A stretch of DNA of 64,000 nt from Eledone cirrhosa. Lineage: Eukaryota. Shown in pieces: positions 62,501-64,000 of the stretch. Position 1 is the first letter of the stretch. Each line of letters opens with the position of its first letter. The position numbers were made by a program, and so were the translations under genes. The stretch covers positions 55,056,001-55,120,000 of the forward strand of contig OZ024744.1 in NCBI GenBank assembly GCA_964016885.1, in the 5' to 3' direction. The notes below the pieces were generated by a model. That model ran no database searches and was not told the DNA's origin. It saw nothing but the letters and a program-made list of their open reading frames with translations.

Positions 62501-62796
62501 AAAAATGGGTATAAAAAGGTAATAATAATACATGTATATATTAAATATTATTTATTCAAGGTTTTACTTACAATTTACCATCTTTAAATGACCGCACAAG
62601 TAGGTGATCTTTGTTCTTCAGTTCAACTTGATGAGCATCAGGCAAAACAACGAGAACAGGTACATATAAAGGGGATTTTCTTTTATCTCCAGTTTCCATA
62701 CACATCACTTTTCCAACAAGTTCTTGAAATCGTCCTTTGTACGATGCTCTTTTAGGCGGACTGTCTTCGGAGCTGCTGTCTTCTTCATAATCAGCC
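21617..62796 (-). CDS. ARID4: AT-rich interactive domain-containing protein 4 (ARID4A/ARID4B, RBBP1-like); span of 18 coding exons, 5'-partial, about 1920 aa in window
   Basis: Phase-consistent GT..AG exon chain totalling 5764 nt. Encodes RBB1NT (LLVRSFKDGKF), ARID (QLYKFMDDRGTPINK..LNLYKLFK..YKKYL), chromobarrel (KYGRGRNQKIYEAKV..YLVHYAGWNTRYDEWV), R2 ([14 protein letters not shown]) and a terminal VEC motif. Confidence 0.95.
21963..22185. mobile_element. piggyBac-like MITE (same family as 21280-21507)
   Basis: TTAA|CCCTTTTG...CAAAAGGG|TTAA. Confidence 0.75.
23950..24150. repeat. ~40-bp minisatellite, about 4 degenerate copies
   Basis: Unit TATTACTATTACAGTCCCTACCATTATATAGTACATTGTC. Confidence 0.8.
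26920..27624 (-). mobile_element. Internally deleted Tc1/mariner-superfamily transposon (maT/DD37D-like)
   Basis: HTH remnant VVKENPSKSMRKIAKEMGTSRRTI and C-terminal PDCNPLNYFVWGVLKREVNSRPYNTKEALKAAI; terminus TA|CAGTGTGCCGCTGAT at 27624. Confidence 0.82.
30111..30336. repeat. 53-bp inverted repeat (1 mismatch) enclosing a hammerhead-like core; probably Penelope-derived
   Basis: Arms 30111-30163 and 30284-30336. Minus strand reads CTGATGA, a 12-bp stem, then GAAA at 30200-30162. Confidence 0.8.
30599..30745 (-). CDS. ARID4: ARID4 exon, R2 repression domain ([41 protein letters not shown])
   Basis: ttgtag| acceptor, |gtgagt donor, 147 nt, phase 1-1; closely matches the vertebrate ARID4 C-terminal helix. 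Confidence 0.95.
31775..33345. repeat. 39-bp minisatellite, about 40 copies with shorter deletion variants
   Basis: Unit CTACAGCTACACTGTACACCCCTATTGTTATATATAA(T/C)A; 13-aa periodicity in the ORF track. Confidence 0.95.
33727..33891 (-). CDS. ARID4: ARID4 exon (CEENYSIEDKG..PPRPSKYNFNL)
   Basis: atttag| acceptor, |gtaagt donor, 165 nt, phase 1-1. Confidence 0.9.
35374..35565. mobile_element. Tc2/pogo-like MITE
   Basis: TIRs TATATACTCGAATATAAGC / GCTTATATTCGAGTATATA with TA flanks. Confidence 0.75.
36390..38711 (-). CDS. ARID4: ARID4 largest exon (polyQ/H tract, two LxCxE motifs, basic NLS-like stretch)
   Basis: atccag| acceptor, |gtaaga donor, 2322 nt, phase 1-1; lies within ORF 36322..38883. 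Confidence 0.92.
38805..38894 (+). mobile_element. ~90-bp RTE 3'-end fragment
   Basis: Matches the reverse complement of 48752-48843; (ATG)n tail. Confidence 0.85.
39560..39619 (-). CDS. ARID4: ARID4 small exon (KRRPRRSSGLTESSDVQSP)
   Basis: taatag| acceptor, |gtaaga donor, 60 nt, phase 1-1. Confidence 0.82.
40435..40644. mobile_element. piggyBac-like MITE (second family)
   Basis: TTAA|CCCTTTGGCATT...AATGCTAAAGGG|TTAA; inverted sibling at 60193-60398. Confidence 0.78.
41094..41273. mobile_element. mariner-type MITE nested in a SINE
   Basis: ~31-bp TIRs TGAGGGTCAGCTGAAAAGTTCCTAGGTTGAC / GTCAGCCTATGAACTTTTCAGCTGACCCTCA, preceded by TA. Confidence 0.85.
41402..42590 (-). CDS. ARID4: ARID4 large low-complexity exon (poly-S/T/A, KTTTP repeats, poly-P)
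   Basis: tcttag| acceptor, |gtgagt donor, 1189 nt open frame, phase 0-1; needed to connect the phases of the flanking exons. Confidence 0.87.
42629..42739 (+). mobile_element. ~90-bp RTE 3'-end fragment with (ATG)n tail, followed by (AG)n to ~42853
   Basis: Matches 38805-38894 and the reverse complement of 48752-48843. Confidence 0.85.
42853..43001. repeat. 22-bp perfect inverted repeat with a degenerate hammerhead-like core in the spacer
   Basis: Arms 42853-42874 and 42980-43001; spacer TTGAATA-GCAG aagaa CTGC-GAAA-C ca G-TA at 42913-42942. Confidence 0.7.
44063..44165 (-). CDS. ARID4: ARID4 exon, chromobarrel end (YDEWVRPERIVKVLG..SPRSPK)
   Basis: tttcag| acceptor, |gtaaat donor, 103 nt, phase 2-0. 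Confidence 0.95.
44862..44929 (-). CDS. ARID4: ARID4 exon, chromobarrel (VVEFGAEGGHEQYLVHYAGWNT)
   Basis: tttcag| acceptor, |gtaaat donor, 68 nt, phase 0-2. Confidence 0.95.
46722..46890 (-). CDS. ARID4: ARID4 exon, acidic tract and chromobarrel start (YPTGTKLRVKYGRGRNQKIYEAK)
   Basis: ctacag| acceptor, |gtgagt donor, 169 nt, phase 2-0. Confidence 0.95.
47822..48072 (-). CDS. ARID4: ARID4 exon, K/E-rich (VRKRSTRG..EEGDSK)
   Basis: tttcag| acceptor, |gtaaat donor, 251 nt, phase 0-2. Confidence 0.9.
48620..48655 (+). ncRNA. Minimal type I hammerhead ribozyme motif in a Penelope-like terminal repeat relic (~48545-48750)
   Basis: TCTT-CTGATGA-A-GGAC tagc GTCC-GAA-ACGT-T-AAGA: intact core, 4-bp stems I and II, palindromic ACGT stem III. 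Confidence 0.75.
48752..51960 (-). mobile_element. Near full-length decayed RTE-clade LINE (APE + RT + PHD-like insert)
   Basis: APE motifs GGVGILL, IISAYAPQ, AGDFNGHVG, QIDFLLV. RT motifs FVDLEKAFDRV and GVHQGSVLSPLLF; the YADD region appears deleted. CTQC..VHKRCSG..YVCSRC insert, RLRWYGHV-like tail domain, (ATG)n tail; frameshifts and stops. 5' boundary approximate. Confidence 0.93.
52175..52319 (+). repeat. 43-bp inverted repeat (2 mismatches) closing a hammerhead-shaped three-way junction
   Basis: Arms 52175-52217 and 52277-52319; core ACGAGGA, extended stem II, GAAA, CC ttt GG, TA. Confidence 0.8.
53026..53427 (-). CDS. ARID4: ARID4 exon, K/E-rich linker (NKEDDDKK..KKELPKKR)
   Basis: ttctag| acceptor, |gttagt donor, 402 nt, phase 0-0. 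Confidence 0.9.
54403..54574 (-). CDS. ARID4: ARID4 exon, ARID end (YLHAFEDFYRKLG..VKDEEK)
   Basis: ttccag| acceptor, |gtattc donor, 172 nt, phase 2-0. Confidence 0.92.
55321..55415 (-). CDS. ARID4: ARID4 exon, ARID (VTNTMKWRWVYSKMKMPASNNGSHQIKNAYK)
   Basis: ctatag| acceptor, |gtaatt donor, 95 nt, phase 0-2. Confidence 0.93.
56434..56528 (-). CDS. ARID4: ARID4 exon, ARID (TPINKGPSLGNRDLNLYKLFKIVQNFGGYNK)
   Basis: aatcag| acceptor, |gtacag donor, 95 nt, phase 1-0. Confidence 0.94.
58099..58171 (-). CDS. ARID4: ARID4 exon, ARID start (SSDDEPCEEEDRFVAQLYKFMDDR)
   Basis: ttgcag| acceptor, |gtgtgt donor, 73 nt, phase 0-1. Confidence 0.93.
59712..59818 (-). CDS. ARID4: ARID4 exon (MEKALLYFDCHELPQNWIKEELLG..DDED)
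   Basis: ttaaag| acceptor, |gtaagt donor, 107 nt, phase 1-0; P-x-NW end of RBB1NT. Confidence 0.92.
60193..60398. mobile_element. piggyBac-like MITE
   Basis: TTAA|CCCTTTAACATT...AATGCTAAAGGG|TTAA. Confidence 0.75.
60644..60723 (-). CDS. ARID4: ARID4 exon, RBB1NT (ITISKKDLKDFTREIAVKNEDKGLKA)
   Basis: tttcag| acceptor, |gtaagg donor, 80 nt, phase 2-1. Confidence 0.92.
61380..62370 (+). repeat. Minisatellite inside a non-autonomous RTE derivative: 100-bp dimeric unit x ~6.5, then ~50-bp monomers
   Basis: Unit starts at 61421, 61521, 61621, 61720, 61819, 61919 and 62019; continues into TTAGGAAGG-CATCCAG and the CCAACCCATGCCAGCAT tail (~62500). Confidence 0.9.
62572..62796 (-). CDS. ARID4: ARID4 exon, RBB1NT domain start (ADYEED..LVGKVMC..LLVRSFKDGK)
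   Basis: tttcag| acceptor, |gtaagt donor, 225 nt, phase 2-2. Confidence 0.92.
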
Positions 62797-62919
62797 CTGA
62801 AAGATGAAGACAGGCTGTTCGATGAATGCAAATGCTGTTCTCCAAAGCAAAAAAAACAAGAACAATCAAATCATCAGACTAAAATATCTGGCTTCCTTTT
62901 GACTAAGTATATAGGCCTG

Positions 62920-63540
62920 TTTTAGGGGAAGGAAATGTCATGTCTAAGTGATATTCATGCTTTTCACGAAAGAACAGGTAGCGTGTCAGTGCAAATCAAG
63001 ACATTGTTAGGGAAAAGTGTGTACGGAATGACAATCAGACACTCTTAATAATGCTAAGCAAAAAAGAGCCTTGGAAATGTTACTATGAGAAGTTACTGGA
63101 AAATACATGGAGAAAGAGAGAGACTACACTAAGTAGATCTAACAGAAGGGCCAGCTATTTAAGATAGCAAAAGTGGTGAAAATAATATTGCAGATATGAA
63201 GGCAGGGAAAGTGGCAAAACTAACAGGGGACAGTTACTGAGATGTTAAAAATATCCAACATAATAGAGCACATACTACTCACTTACATACTCATAAAGAA
63301 TTTGCTTAGATGAGATATAGTTTAGGCTTGTGCTTAGACAGAGTACCACAAATGATATTTTCATGGTGAGACAAATGCAAGAAATTCAGAACAGTAAGCC
63401 ACTGTATCTAACATTTGTCATTCTGGAGAAGGCCTTTGAAGAGTAAAACATACTCTGTAACCTGGTGATCTCAAAGAAAACTAGATGTAGATCAATGGCT
63501 TATGAGAGCCATGTACACAATGATGTCAGCAAGGTGAAAG
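62920..63540 (+). mobile_element. Heavily decayed RTE RT fragment
   Basis: Remnants GKVAKLTG..EMLK, IFMVRQMQE and LYLTFVILEKAFE. Confidence 0.65.
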
Positions 63541-64000
63541 TTAATATATATATATATACACACAAATATATATGTATTGATGACATATATATGTGTGTTA
63601 GTCTCTCTCTCTATTTTATATATATATATACATACATACATACATACATACACACATACACACTAAAGTGGTTGGTATTAAGAAGGGCCTCCAGCCATAG
63701 AAAATTTGCCAAAGTGTCAAGAGATCTCTTCGGTTATGTCAAGAGCACAGAAATCTCACTAGTGCTGGTGCCCCCAAAATATGCACCCAGTACACTGTGT
63801 AAAGTGCTGGAATGTATGTAAGTGAAATGCAGCCATCTTGGCAGTCTGAAAGGTCAGTAGCTCCAATTAAGTACTGACTCATTCTAGCAATGGACAACCC
63901 ATTCTAGCAATGGATAAAATGTTAAATGATGATGATGATGGTTATTCTAGATATAATTATTACTACTAATCCAGCTATATAAGATCACTTACCCTGAAGC

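Noticed and set aside
62797-62860. Upstream alternative acceptors for the first visible ARID4 exon
   Set aside because: The nearby AGs give phases 0 or 1, differing from the phase-2 acceptor at 62797; cannot be judged without the upstream exon.

Overview
AT-rich, repeat-dense animal genomic DNA. The SINE, RTE and microsatellite content suggests an octopus-like cephalopod (inference). The main feature is a large minus-strand gene of the ARID4A/ARID4B (RBBP1/SAP180) family. I traced 18 coding exons from 62796 down to a TAA at 21617-21619; all introns are GT..AG and phases agree at every junction, giving about 1920 aa in the window. Domains present are RBB1NT, ARID, chromobarrel, two large low-complexity exons, two LxCxE motifs flanking a polyQ/H tract, and the C-terminal R2 domain. 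The N-terminal Tudor exons lie beyond the right edge. The rest is transposon-derived: a nearly intact R4/Dong-type RLE retrotransposon whose three copies all sit in (TACA)n tracts, a full-length decayed RTE LINE with many derivatives, SINEs, a 5S rRNA/RTE-tail chimera, a maT-like transposon, several MITEs, Penelope-type hammerhead motifs (three inside inverted repeats), and minisatellites. All coordinates and structures were read by eye; no searches were run.
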